From NCBI GenBank assembly GCA_044370825.1, contig JBILUV010000002.1:1-42314 (forward strand): a DNA stretch of 42,314 nt, written 5' to 3'. A model generated the notes under the pieces. That model was given only the letters and a program-made list of their open reading frames with translations, was not told the DNA's origin and did not search any database. Positions within the stretch are counted from its first letter, which is position 1, and the number at the start of each line of letters is the position of its first letter. The translations under genes were made by a program, and so were the position numbers. This document shows positions 9,647 through 18,196 of this stretch, one piece after another. Source of the DNA: Burkholderiales bacterium (GTDB taxonomy: Bacteria; Pseudomonadota; Gammaproteobacteria; Burkholderiales; Ga0077523).

Positions 9647-10554
9647 TGACATCGCCGGACCGGTTGGCCGATCCGGGGGCCGCGCTGTTCGACGGGTTCG
9701 TCGCCCATCTGGTCACGGAACGCCGGCTCGCCGCCCACACGGTCGACAACTACGGCCGCGACGTGCGCCAGCTGCTCGAGCTGCGGGGTGAGGCTGACTT
9801 GATGAAGCTGTCGGTCCACGACCTGCGCCGTTTCCTGTCGCGGCTTCACGCCCAGGGTCTGGGTGGTCGCAGCCTGGCGCGCAAGCTGTCGGCGTGGCGG
9901 GCCTTTTTCGACTGGCTGGCGCGCGACCACGGCCTCGCCGTGAATCCCGCGCTTGGATTGAAGGCCCCGCGCGCGCCGCGCCATCTCCCCGCGACCCTCA
10001 CGCCCGATCAGGCCGCCCAACTGCTCGACGGTGACGAGGAGGGGGCGATCGGGGCGCGCGATCGGGCGCTGTTCGAGTTGGTGTATTCCTCCGGACTGAG
10101 GCTAGCCGAGGCAGTGGGCCTGTCCCTGGGCGACGTCGATCTTCGTGATCGCAGTGTGAAGGTCCTGGGCAAGGGGGCGCGCACGCGTGTCGTGCCGGTG
10201 GGTTCGGCAGCGGTGACGGCGCTCGAGCACTGGTTCGCCGTGCGCGACACGATCGCCCCGTCGGGTGAGAGCGCTCTGTTCGTCGGCCTGCGTGGACGGC
10301 GGATCTCGCCCCGCGTGGTGCAGGAGCGGCTCACGCGACGGGCGCTGGCCCGCGGGCTGGATGTCGGCGTACATCCGCATGCCCTTCGGCATTCCTTCGC
10401 CAGCCATCTGCTGCAGTCCAGCGGCGACCTGAGGGCCGTGCAGGAGCTGCTGGGACACGCGAGCCTGTCGACAACCCAGGTCTACACGCATCTGGACTAC
10501 CAGCATCTCGCCAAGGTCTACGACGCGGCGCATCCCCGCGCCAGACGCAAGTGA
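9646..10554 (+). CDS. xerC: Tyrosine recombinase XerC
   Basis: Phage-integrase-fold catalytic residues are present (R...HxLRHSFA...LGHASLSTTQVYTH). Position after dapF-DUF484. One-nt overlap (TGATG) with the DUF484 stop. Confidence 0.9.
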   Translation: MTSPDRLADPGAALFDGFVAHLVTERRLAAHTVDNYGRDVRQLLELRGEADLMKLSVHDLRRFLSRLHAQGLGGRSLARKLSAWRAFFDWLARDHGLAVNPALGLKAPRAPRHLPATLTPDQAAQLLDGDEEGAIGARDRALFELVYSSGLRLAEAVGLSLGDVDLRDRSVKVLGKGARTRVVPVGSAAVTALEHWFAVRDTIAPSGESALFVGLRGRRISPRVVQERLTRRALARGLDVGVHPHALRHSFASHLLQSSGDLRAVQELLGHASLSTTQVYTHLDYQHLAKVYDAAHPRARRK

Positions 10555-11429
10555 CGGACCGCTTCCTCGTCGCCCTGGGAGAACGCATCCGCACCCTGCG
10601 TGGATGCCGGGGCCACAGCCGGCGGAGTCTGGCAGCGGCCGCCGGTCTGTCCGAGCGTCATCTCGCCAATCTCGAGCTCGGCACCGGCAACGCCTCCGTG
10701 CTGGTGCTCCAGCAGGTTGCGAAGGCGCTGCATTGCTCGCTGGCAGACGTGGTCGACCCCACCGCGCCGACATCGCCGCATTGGGTCGCCATTCGCACTC
10801 TCCTGGCGCAGCGTTCCGAAGCGGACCTGCAGGCAGCGCGGGCGCGGCTCGAAGCCTTGTTCGCGGGCCCGACCCGGGCGACCGAGCGATCGCTGCGCAT
10901 TGCACTGGTCGGTCTGCGCGGGGCAGGCAAATCGACGTTGGGCCAGCGGCTCGCCCAGGCGCTGCGGCTACCCTTCGTCGAGCTGAGCCGGCAGATCGAA
11001 TCGGTGGCCGGGATGGCCATCGACCAGATACATGCCCTGTCCGGGGCTGCGGCCTACCGGCGTTATGAGCGGCGTGCCCTGGAGCTGACCTTGCAGCAGT
11101 TCCCTTCGGCGGTCATCGCCACCCCTGGCGGCATCGTGTCCGAGGAGACCACCTTCGAGATCCTCCTGAGTCATTGCTTCACCGTCTGGCTGCGCGCGCG
11201 ACCGGAAGACCACATGAGCCGCGTCATCGCCCAGGGCGACCTGCGCCCGATGGCCGGGAGCGACGAGGCGATGGGTGACCTGCGCCGGATCCTGGAGGGG
11301 CGCACACCCTCCTACGCTCGTGCGGACGTGGCTGTCGATACCAGTGGCCAGTCGGTGGAAGCAGCCACCGCGGAATTGCTGCGGGCGGTTGTCGGTCCAG
11401 GCGCCGCCGAGGCATTGCCAGACGCCTGA
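10551..11429 (+). CDS. boxR: BzdR/BoxR-type transcriptional regulator (N-terminal XRE HTH fused to a shikimate-kinase-like domain)
   Basis: The HTH region LRGCRGHSRRSLAAAAGLSERHLANLELGTGNASVLVLQQVAKAL is followed by a P-loop GLRGAGKSTLG and a shikimate-kinase-like fold. This architecture is characteristic of BzdR/BoxR. The GTG start overlaps the xerC stop (GTGA). Sits directly upstream of boxCBA. Confidence 0.85.
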   Translation: MTDRFLVALGERIRTLRGCRGHSRRSLAAAAGLSERHLANLELGTGNASVLVLQQVAKALHCSLADVVDPTAPTSPHWVAIRTLLAQRSEADLQAARARLEALFAGPTRATERSLRIALVGLRGAGKSTLGQRLAQALRLPFVELSRQIESVAGMAIDQIHALSGAAAYRRYERRALELTLQQFPSAVIATPGGIVSEETTFEILLSHCFTVWLRARPEDHMSRVIAQGDLRPMAGSDEAMGDLRRILEGRTPSYARADVAVDTSGQSVEAATAELLRAVVGPGAAEALPDA

Positions 11430-11515
11430 CGGGATTGCGCAACGCCCGCGGATCGGCAGCGCCGTGCACCCTTTGTGCGACGCGTGCTGGCGCAGGTCGC
11501 AGCAACGGCCGTGGG

Positions 11516-11545
11516 TTGACGAGGAAATCGGAGCTGCAATATATT
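11516..11545 (+). promoter_or_regulatory. Putative sigma70 promoter of boxCBA (TTGACG-N18-TATATT)
   Basis: TTGACG at 11516-11521, an 18-nt spacer, TATATT at 11540-11545. AT-rich hexamers like this are rare in this GC-rich window. Confidence 0.5.
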
Positions 11546-11548
11546 GCA
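11535..11548. promoter_or_regulatory. Candidate BoxR/BzdR operator 1 (TGCA-N6-TGCA palindrome TGCAATATATTGCA) overlapping the -10 box
   Basis: Perfect 14-bp palindrome. TGCA-N6-TGCA is the repeat reported for BzdR/BoxR operators in Azoarcus. Confidence 0.6.
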
Positions 11549-11565
11549 CGTCAGCTGTGGCGGCA

Positions 11566-11579
11566 TGCAGCTTCATGCA
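11566..11579. promoter_or_regulatory. Candidate BoxR/BzdR operator 2 (TGCAGCTTCATGCA)
   Basis: Second TGCA-N6-TGCA unit, embedded in GCATGCAGCTTCATGCATG, 22 nt upstream of the boxC ATG. Confidence 0.5.
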
Positions 11580-11600
11580 TGATCTCGGGAGGCGTCTTTC

Positions 11601-13256
11601 ATGGATACACCCAAGGTCGACTATCGTGTCGATCCGTCCCGCTACCGCCACTGGAAGCTGACTTTCGACGGTCCGGTCGCGACCCTTGCGCTGGACGTCG
11701 ACGAGGACGCCGGCCTGCGCCCGGGCTACAAGCTCAAGCTGAACTCCTACGACCTCGGCGTGGACATCGAACTGCACGATGCCCTGAACCGCATCCGCTT
11801 CGAGCACCCCGGGGTGCGTTGCGTTGTCGTGACCAGCCTGAAGGACCGCATCTTCTGTTCGGGCGCCAACATTTTCATGCTCGGCACATCCTCGCACGCC
11901 TGGAAGGTCAACTTCTGCAAGTTCACCAACGAGACGCGCAATGGCATCGAGGATTCGTCGCGCCATTCCGGCCTGCGCTTCCTGGCCGCGCTCAACGGCA
12001 CCTGTGCCGGTGGTGGCTACGAGCTTGCCCTCGCCTGCGATGAGATCGTGCTGGTGGACGACCGCTCCTCCGCAGTCTCGCTGCCCGAGGTGCCGCTGCT
12101 GGGTGTGCTGCCCGGCACGGGGGGGCTGACCCGGGTCACCGACAAGCGACATGTGCGTCATGATCTGGCCGACGTGTTCTGCACCACCACGGAGGGCGTG
12201 CGAGGTCAGCGTGCCCTGGAGTGGCGCCTGGTGGACGCGCTGGCAAAGCCGAGCGAATTCCGGCGCTCCGTGCAGGAGCGCGCCCGGTCCCTCGCCGCGG
12301 GCAGCGATGGGCCGGAGGATGCGCAAGGCGTCGCCCTGATGCCGCTCGAGCGCACGGACACCGCCGACAGTCTCGAATATCGCCATGTCAAAGTGGCGAT
12401 CGACCGGGGTCAGCGTACCGCCAGTCTTGTGGTGCGGGCACCTGAGGCCGCGCCTGCAACTGATCCCGCATCCATCCTCGCGGCCGGCGCCGACTGGTGG
12501 CCCCTGCGCATGGCCCGCGAACTCGACGACGCCATCCTGTCGCTGCGCACCAACGAACTGGCCATTGGCACCTGGCTGCTGCGCACCGCCGGCGATCCGG
12601 CGCACGTACTCGCCTGCGACGCCGCCCTGAAGGCTCACGCGGACCACTGGTTCGTCCGGGAAGCCACCGGTCTGTTGCGGCGTACGCTGGCGCGGCTCGA
12701 CGTGTCCTCCCGCACCCTGTTCGCGCTGATCGAGCCCGGCTCGTGCTTTGCCGGCACCCTCGCGGAGCTGGCGTTCGCCGCGGATCGCGCCTACATGCTG
12801 GCGCTGCCCGACACCCCGGAGCGGGCGCCGGGCCTGACATTGTCGGAAGCCAACTTCGGTGCCTACCCGATGATCCACGGGGAGTCCCGTCTGTCGCGCC
12901 GCTTCTATGCGGAAGCCGCGCCGATGGAGGCCGCGCGAGCGGCGATCGGGGAGTCCCTCGATCCCGGCCGCGCCGCCGCTCTGGGTCTGGTCACCGCGAC
13001 GCCGGACGACATCGACTGGGACGATGAAGTGCGTATCGCGATCGAGGAGCGCGCCGCCATGTCCCCCGACGCGCTTACCGGCCTGGAGGCGAACCTGCGC
13101 TTCGGTCATGGTGAGTCCATGGAGACCCGCATCTTCGGCCGGCTCAGTGCCTGGCAGAACTGGATCTTCAACCGCCCGAGCGCCGTCGGCGACAAAGGTG
13201 CGCTGAAGGTCTACGGCAAGGGCGAGAAGGCCCGTTTCGATCCGGACCGGGTCTGA
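11601..13256 (+). CDS. boxC: Benzoyl-CoA-dihydrodiol lyase (2,3-epoxybenzoyl-CoA dihydrolase), crotonase superfamily
   Basis: 551 aa beginning MDTPKVDYRVDPSRYRHWKLTFDGPVATLALDVDEDAGLRPGYKLKLNSYDLGVDIEL, which is BoxC-like. Enoyl-CoA hydratase-type core (CSGANIFMLG...LNGTCAGGGYELALACD). GGGAGG SD. Adjacent to boxB and boxA. Confidence 0.9.
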   Translation: MDTPKVDYRVDPSRYRHWKLTFDGPVATLALDVDEDAGLRPGYKLKLNSYDLGVDIELHDALNRIRFEHPGVRCVVVTSLKDRIFCSGANIFMLGTSSHAWKVNFCKFTNETRNGIEDSSRHSGLRFLAALNGTCAGGGYELALACDEIVLVDDRSSAVSLPEVPLLGVLPGTGGLTRVTDKRHVRHDLADVFCTTTEGVRGQRALEWRLVDALAKPSEFRRSVQERARSLAAGSDGPEDAQGVALMPLERTDTADSLEYRHVKVAIDRGQRTASLVVRAPEAAPATDPASILAAGADWWPLRMARELDDAILSLRTNELAIGTWLLRTAGDPAHVLACDAALKAHADHWFVREATGLLRRTLARLDVSSRTLFALIEPGSCFAGTLAELAFAADRAYMLALPDTPERAPGLTLSEANFGAYPMIHGESRLSRRFYAEAAPMEAARAAIGESLDPGRAAALGLVTATPDDIDWDDEVRIAIEERAAMSPDALTGLEANLRFGHGESMETRIFGRLSAWQNWIFNRPSAVGDKGALKVYGKGEKARFDPDRV

Positions 13257-13323
13257 GCCCGGCGGGGCCCGTCATCCGCACCATCCGATCCAGAGCCGCC
13301 CGCGGGCGGTTCCACCGAGGAGC

Positions 13324-14757
13324 ATGACCATGAGCAGCATCGACTACGCCCAGAAGATCCCCAACAACGTCGACCTCTCCGGAGATCGCGCCCTGCAGCG
13401 TGCGCTCGAGCAGTGGCAGCCCAACTTCCTGGGCTGGTGGAACGACATGGGGCCCGACGGCTCACAGGACTTCGACGTCTACCTGCGTACAGCGGTTAGC
13501 GTGGATCCCCAGGGCTGGGCCAACTTCGGGCACGTCAGGATGCCCGACTACCGCTGGGGCATCTTCCTGAATCCGCGCGAGGAGGGCCGCAAGATCCACT
13601 TCGGCGCGCACAAGGGCGAGGACGTGTGGCAGGAGGTGCCGGGCGAACACCGCGCCAACCTTCGGCGCATCATTGTCACCCAGGGCGATACCGAGCCCGC
13701 CTCGGTCGAGCAGCAACGCCACCTCGGCCTGACTGCGCCCTCGCAGTACGACCTGCGCAACCTGTTCCAGGTCAACGTCGAGGAAGGCCGGCACCTGTGG
13801 GCCATGGTCTACCTCCTGCACCGCCACTTCGGCCGCGACGGGCGCGAGGAGGCCGAAGCCCTGCTCGAGCGCCGCTCCGGCGATGCTGACAACCCGCGCA
13901 TTCTGGGTGCCTTCAACGAGCGCACGCCGGACTGGCTGAGCTTCTTCATGTTCACCTACTTTACCGACCGGGACGGAAAATTCCAGCTCTGCGCCCTGGC
14001 CGAGTCGGGTTTCGATCCCCTCGCCCGGACCACGAAGTTCATGCTCACCGAGGAGGCCCATCACATGTTCGTGGGCGAGTCCGGTGTGGCGCGGGTGCTG
14101 CAGCGCACCTGCGAGGTGATGAATGCTCTCCAGACCGACGATCCGGCCCAGGTGCGGGCTGCCGGCGCCATCGACCTGCCGACCATCCAGCGTTATCTGA
14201 ACTTCCATTACAGCGTCACGATCGACCTGTTCGGTGCGGACCAGTCCTCCAACGCTGCCATGTTCTACTCCGCCGGCCTGAAGGGCCGCTACGAGGAAGG
14301 CAAGCGCGCCGATGACCACACCCTGCTGGATCAGCTCTACACCGTTCTCGAGGTGCAGGGCAGCTGCCTGGTCGAGAAGCAGGTGCCGATGCTCAATGCG
14401 CTGAACGAGGTGCTGCGCGACGACTTCATCAAGGACTCCGTGGCCGGCGTACAGCGTTGGAACCGTGTCCTCGAGAAGGCCGGCGTCGGCCAGCGCCTGA
14501 CGGTGCCGCACAAGGCCTTCAACCGTCGCATCGGCACCCTGTCGAGCCTGCGCATCTCGCCCGAGGGTCGACCCGTGTCGCAGGCCGAGTGGGACGCCGC
14601 TGTGGACGCCTGGCTGCCGACGCCTGCCGACCGCGCCTTCGTCGCCTCCCTGATGGGCCGCGTGGCAGAGCCGGGCAGGTTCGCGGGCTGGATCGCGCCA
14701 CCCGCCATCGGCATCAATCGCCAGCCGGTGGACTTCGAATACGTGCGCTTCAACTGA
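13324..14757 (+). CDS. boxB: Benzoyl-CoA 2,3-epoxidase (oxygenase) subunit B, di-iron enzyme
   Basis: 477 aa beginning [39 protein letters not shown]. Di-iron ligand-type motifs (EEGRHLW, EEAHHMF). GAGGAG SD. Confidence 0.9.
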   Translation: MTMSSIDYAQKIPNNVDLSGDRALQRALEQWQPNFLGWWNDMGPDGSQDFDVYLRTAVSVDPQGWANFGHVRMPDYRWGIFLNPREEGRKIHFGAHKGEDVWQEVPGEHRANLRRIIVTQGDTEPASVEQQRHLGLTAPSQYDLRNLFQVNVEEGRHLWAMVYLLHRHFGRDGREEAEALLERRSGDADNPRILGAFNERTPDWLSFFMFTYFTDRDGKFQLCALAESGFDPLARTTKFMLTEEAHHMFVGESGVARVLQRTCEVMNALQTDDPAQVRAAGAIDLPTIQRYLNFHYSVTIDLFGADQSSNAAMFYSAGLKGRYEEGKRADDHTLLDQLYTVLEVQGSCLVEKQVPMLNALNEVLRDDFIKDSVAGVQRWNRVLEKAGVGQRLTVPHKAFNRRIGTLSSLRISPEGRPVSQAEWDAAVDAWLPTPADRAFVASLMGRVAEPGRFAGWIAPPAIGINRQPVDFEYVRFN

Positions 14758-16028
14758 TGGGCGCGACGGTCGCCGGTGCTGGGCCGTTGCGGCAGCACGT
14801 CATCGATCCCGAGATTTGCATCCGCTGCAACACCTGTGAGGCCACCTGCCCGATCGGGGCGGTCACCCACGATGAGCGCAACTACGTGGTCAAGCCGGAG
14901 GTCTGCAACGGCTGCATGGCCTGCGTGCCGCCTTGTCCGACGGGTGCCATCGACAACTGGCGCGTGGTGCCGCGGGATCAGGCCTATTCGGTGGAGGTGC
15001 AACTGGGCTGGGACGAACTGCCACCGGAACTGCCCGTCGAAGCCCTCGCACGGGCCGATGCGGAGGAGCCGCTGGTGACTTCGCTGGAAGCTGTCGGCAC
15101 CGGAATCCGCGAGCCTGGTGCTGTGATCTTCAACACTTCAGCCTTCAACGCGACCGTGCCCCCATGGTCGGCCGCTCACCCGTACGTGAACCTGTACGGG
15201 CCTCGCAGCCCGACCACGGCGACGGTGGCGGGCAACCACCGGGTGACCGAGGCCGACACCCAGAGCGACACCCACCATATCGTGCTGGATTTCGGTGCGA
15301 TGCCTTTCCCGGTTCTCGAGGGGCAGTCGATCGGTATCCTTCCGCCGGGCGCCGACACATCCGGCAAGCCTTACCACGCCCGGCAATACTCGGTGGCGAG
15401 CCCCCGCAATGGCGAGCGCCCGGGCTACAACAACGTCGCGCTCACGGTGAAGCGGGTGACCGCCGACCACCTGGGTCGGCCGGTCGCCGGCATCTGCTCC
15501 AACTACCTGTGCGATCTTCGCGTCGGGGATCGGGTCGAGGTCATCGGCCCCTTCGGTGCATCCTTCCTGATGCCGAACCACCCGCGTTCGAATGTCGTCA
15601 TGATCTGCACCGGCACCGGGTCGGCCCCCATGCGCGCGATGACCGAGTGGCGTCGCAGGTTGCGTTCGGGCGGGCGGTTCGAGGGTGGAAAGCTGATGCT
15701 GTTCTTCGGTGCCCGCACGCAGCAGGAACTGCCTTACTTCGGGCCGCTGATGAATCTGCCGCACGACTTCATCGACGTGAACCTCGCCTTTTCCCGCACC
15801 CCCGGCCAGCCGCGACGTTACGTGCAGGACGCGATGCGCGAGCGCGCGCCTGACCTCGGCCGGCTGCTCGCCGATGTGGATACCTTCATCTACGTGTGTG
15901 GCCTGAAGAGCATGGAGGAGGGCGTCGTCCTGGCGCTCGCCGACATCACCCGCCAGACGGGTCTCGACTGGGACAGCCTGGCCGCCAGTCTCAAGGCGCA
16001 GGGCCGGCTGCACCTCGAAACCTACTGA
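14757..16028 (+). CDS. boxA: Benzoyl-CoA oxygenase/reductase subunit A (2x[4Fe-4S] ferredoxin domain fused to an FNR-like FAD/NADPH reductase)
   Basis: ORF 14457..16028. The in-frame ATG at 14757 overlaps the boxB stop (TGATG). [12 protein letters not shown] and [12 protein letters not shown] ferredoxin motifs are followed by RQYSVAS (FAD) and [13 protein letters not shown] (NADPH). Confidence 0.9.
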   Translation: MGATVAGAGPLRQHVIDPEICIRCNTCEATCPIGAVTHDERNYVVKPEVCNGCMACVPPCPTGAIDNWRVVPRDQAYSVEVQLGWDELPPELPVEALARADAEEPLVTSLEAVGTGIREPGAVIFNTSAFNATVPPWSAAHPYVNLYGPRSPTTATVAGNHRVTEADTQSDTHHIVLDFGAMPFPVLEGQSIGILPPGADTSGKPYHARQYSVASPRNGERPGYNNVALTVKRVTADHLGRPVAGICSNYLCDLRVGDRVEVIGPFGASFLMPNHPRSNVVMICTGTGSAPMRAMTEWRRRLRSGGRFEGGKLMLFFGARTQQELPYFGPLMNLPHDFIDVNLAFSRTPGQPRRYVQDAMRERAPDLGRLLADVDTFIYVCGLKSMEEGVVLALADITRQTGLDWDSLAASLKAQGRLHLETY

Positions 16029-16074
16029 GGCGCCGCGGCGCGGGGCCTGGGGACAGCGCCCCGGGAGGCGGGGT

Positions 16075-17460
16075 ATGCTCGACATCCCTCCGAACCAGCA
16101 GGCGTCCGCACTTACCCGGGACGACCACCGCCGCACCATGACAGCCGACAGGAAACAGCAGCATCCCCGCCGAAGGGCCCGCGACGAACGCGATACCAGC
16201 CGGCCCCGCGGGCGGGACACGGTACCGGCCGACGCCGGCCCGTTGACGCCAGCCCGTGTGCCCGGCAGCGGTGGCGTTCCCAGGCTCGTGTTGCGACCGG
16301 ATCGCGAGCGGTCCCTGCAACGACGCCATCCCTGGATCTTCTCCGGGGCGGTGGAGCGCATCGAAGGCACGCCGTCGCCGGGCGACACCGTCGAGGTGCG
16401 TTCAGCCCAGGGCGGGTTTCTGGCCTGGGCGGCCTGCAGTCCCGACTCGCAGATCGTCGGACGCGTCTGGGATTTCCACGAGGGCGCACGCATCGGTCCC
16501 GAGTTCTTCGCCGACCGCGTCCGTGTCGCCGTGTCGCGCCGCGACAGGGTGTTCGGCGCCGAGCCCGAGCAGGCAGTGCGTCTGGTGCATGGAGAGGCCG
16601 ATGGCCTCCCCGGGGTCGTCGTGGATCGGTTCGCCGACTGGGCGGTGGAGCTGAGCACCGCCGGCGCGTGGCGCTGGCGTGAAGCCATCGTCGACGCGGT
16701 GTGCGCGGCGACAGGCATATCGTCGGTCTACGAGCGCTCCGATGCCGACGTGCTGGCGCTCGAGGGGTTGTCTCCGCAGGTCGGGCCGCTGCGTGGAGCA
16801 GCTCCGGTCGGCCCGGTACGCATCGAGGAGAATGGGCTGCACCTGAGCATCGACATCGTCGAGGGCCACAAGACCGGTTTCTACCTCGATCAACGCGACA
16901 ACCGCGCCTTGCTTCGTGATCTCGCAGCGGAGCGCGAGGTGCTGGACTGCTTCTGCTACACCGGCGGCTTCACGCTCAGCGCCCTGGCGGGCGGGGCCGC
17001 GCACGTGACCTCGGTGGACAGCTCGCCGGAGGCGCTTGCGGCCCTGCGCCGGCATGTCGTGGCCAACAAGCTGCCGGAGGCAAGGTCCGAGCTTGTGCAG
17101 GCCGATGTCTTTGCGCAGTTGCGCAAGTTCCGCGACCAGGGCCGGCGTTTCGACGTGATCGTCCTCGATCCACCCAAGTTTGCTCCGACGGCCTCGGCTG
17201 CAGAGCGTGCCGCGCGAGGTTACAAGGACATCAACCTCTGGGCCATGAAGCTGCTGCGGCCCGGCGGCCTGCTGTTCACCTTCTCCTGCTCCGGTGGTGT
17301 GTCGCGGGATCTTTTCCAGAAGATCGTCGCCGGTGCCGCCGTCGACGCCGGGGTGGATGCCCGCATCCTGCATCACATGAGCGCCGCGGCGGATCACCCG
17401 GTGACCCTGACATTTCCCGAGGGTGAGTACCTGAAGGGACTGCTCTGCGAGATCGGCTGA
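16075..17460 (+). CDS. RlmI-like class I SAM-dependent rRNA (cytosine-C5) methyltransferase with an Arg-rich N-terminal extension of about 70 aa
   Basis: The core starts at RLVLRPDRERSLQRRHPWIFSGAVERIEG (PUA-like N-domain). SAM-binding VLDCFCYTGGFT and DVIVLDPPKF motifs. The ATG at 16075 has a strong GGGAGG SD 6 nt upstream. A GTG at 16288 would give a canonical-length protein. Confidence 0.8.
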   Translation: MLDIPPNQQASALTRDDHRRTMTADRKQQHPRRRARDERDTSRPRGRDTVPADAGPLTPARVPGSGGVPRLVLRPDRERSLQRRHPWIFSGAVERIEGTPSPGDTVEVRSAQGGFLAWAACSPDSQIVGRVWDFHEGARIGPEFFADRVRVAVSRRDRVFGAEPEQAVRLVHGEADGLPGVVVDRFADWAVELSTAGAWRWREAIVDAVCAATGISSVYERSDADVLALEGLSPQVGPLRGAAPVGPVRIEENGLHLSIDIVEGHKTGFYLDQRDNRALLRDLAAEREVLDCFCYTGGFTLSALAGGAAHVTSVDSSPEALAALRRHVVANKLPEARSELVQADVFAQLRKFRDQGRRFDVIVLDPPKFAPTASAAERAARGYKDINLWAMKLLRPGGLLFTFSCSGGVSRDLFQKIVAGAAVDAGVDARILHHMSAAADHPVTLTFPEGEYLKGLLCEIG

Positions 17461-17471
17461 GGGAGGCACGC

Positions 17472-18104
17472 TTGGAAACTGAATTCATCGTCGTGCGACA
17501 TGGACAGACCGAGTGGAACAGGGAGGGCCGCATCCAGGGACACCTCGACAGCCCCCTCACTGCCGACGGACGTGCCCAGGCCGAGGCCATCGCCCGGCGC
17601 CTCGCCGATAGGTCGGTGGCAGCGATCTGGTGCAGCGACCTCGGGCGGGTGCTGGACACCGCGGCGCCCGCGGCCCGCGCCCTGGGGCTGACGGTCCGGA
17701 CCGACGTCCGGTTGCGCGAAAGGCAGTTGGGCATGTTCCAGGGGCTCACTTTCGAGGAGGCTTCGCAGGCGCACCCCGAACGCTTCTCGCGGTTTCGCGC
17801 CCGCGACCTCGACGAGGACATGGCGGGTGGCGAGACCCTGCCGCGGATGCGGGACCGCATCGCAGAGGTGCTCGGCGTTATCGCGGCTGCGCATCCATCA
17901 CAGACAGTCCTGGTGGTCACCCACGGAGGCGTGCTCGATCAGGTCTACCGGCTCGCCACCGGCATGGCCCTGGATGCGCCGCGCAGCTTCGAGGTCGAGA
18001 ACGCCTCGATCAATCGCCTGAGGTGGTCCTCGGGCCGACTGTCGCTCCAGATATGGGGAGACGTCTCGCATCACGGGGATGTTCCCGGCACCGCCGACTT
18101 CTGA
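17472..18104 (+). CDS. Histidine phosphatase family protein (phosphoglycerate mutase-like)
   Basis: The N-terminal FIVVRHGQTEWNREGRIQGHLDSPLT carries the RHG catalytic motif, with VVTHGGVL later. TTG start as in the ORF track. Confidence 0.8.
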   Translation: METEFIVVRHGQTEWNREGRIQGHLDSPLTADGRAQAEAIARRLADRSVAAIWCSDLGRVLDTAAPAARALGLTVRTDVRLRERQLGMFQGLTFEEASQAHPERFSRFRARDLDEDMAGGETLPRMRDRIAEVLGVIAAAHPSQTVLVVTHGGVLDQVYRLATGMALDAPRSFEVENASINRLRWSSGRLSLQIWGDVSHHGDVPGTADF

Positions 18105-18196
18105 ACCGCAGGATCATTGCGTGGTTGGGGGAATCCGGCTACTTTCCGGCCCTCGACGCAACCTCGTCGCGTTGCGTGGCGCTGGAGAATTCCCTT

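Noticed and set aside
9646-10554. Tyrosine recombinase as a marker of a prophage, integron or genomic island
   Set aside because: It sits in the conserved chromosomal dapF-DUF484-xerC arrangement and has XerC-type motifs. I saw no att-like repeats, phage genes or cassette structures.
10968-13109. 713-aa minus-strand ORF across boxR and boxC
   Set aside because: It is antisense to two well-supported genes, has an Arg/Gly/Ala-dominated composition, and shows no domain signatures. It is typical of stop-codon-poor GC-rich antisense frames. The same reasoning applies to 13462..14511(-) and 15138..16718(-).
17630-18196. 5' extension of the TonB-dependent receptor ORF (880-aa version starting at 17630)
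   Set aside because: The extension overlaps the histidine phosphatase gene in another frame and reads as Arg/Pro/Gly-rich noise. Receptor-like sequence with a signal peptide begins only around 18176-18197.
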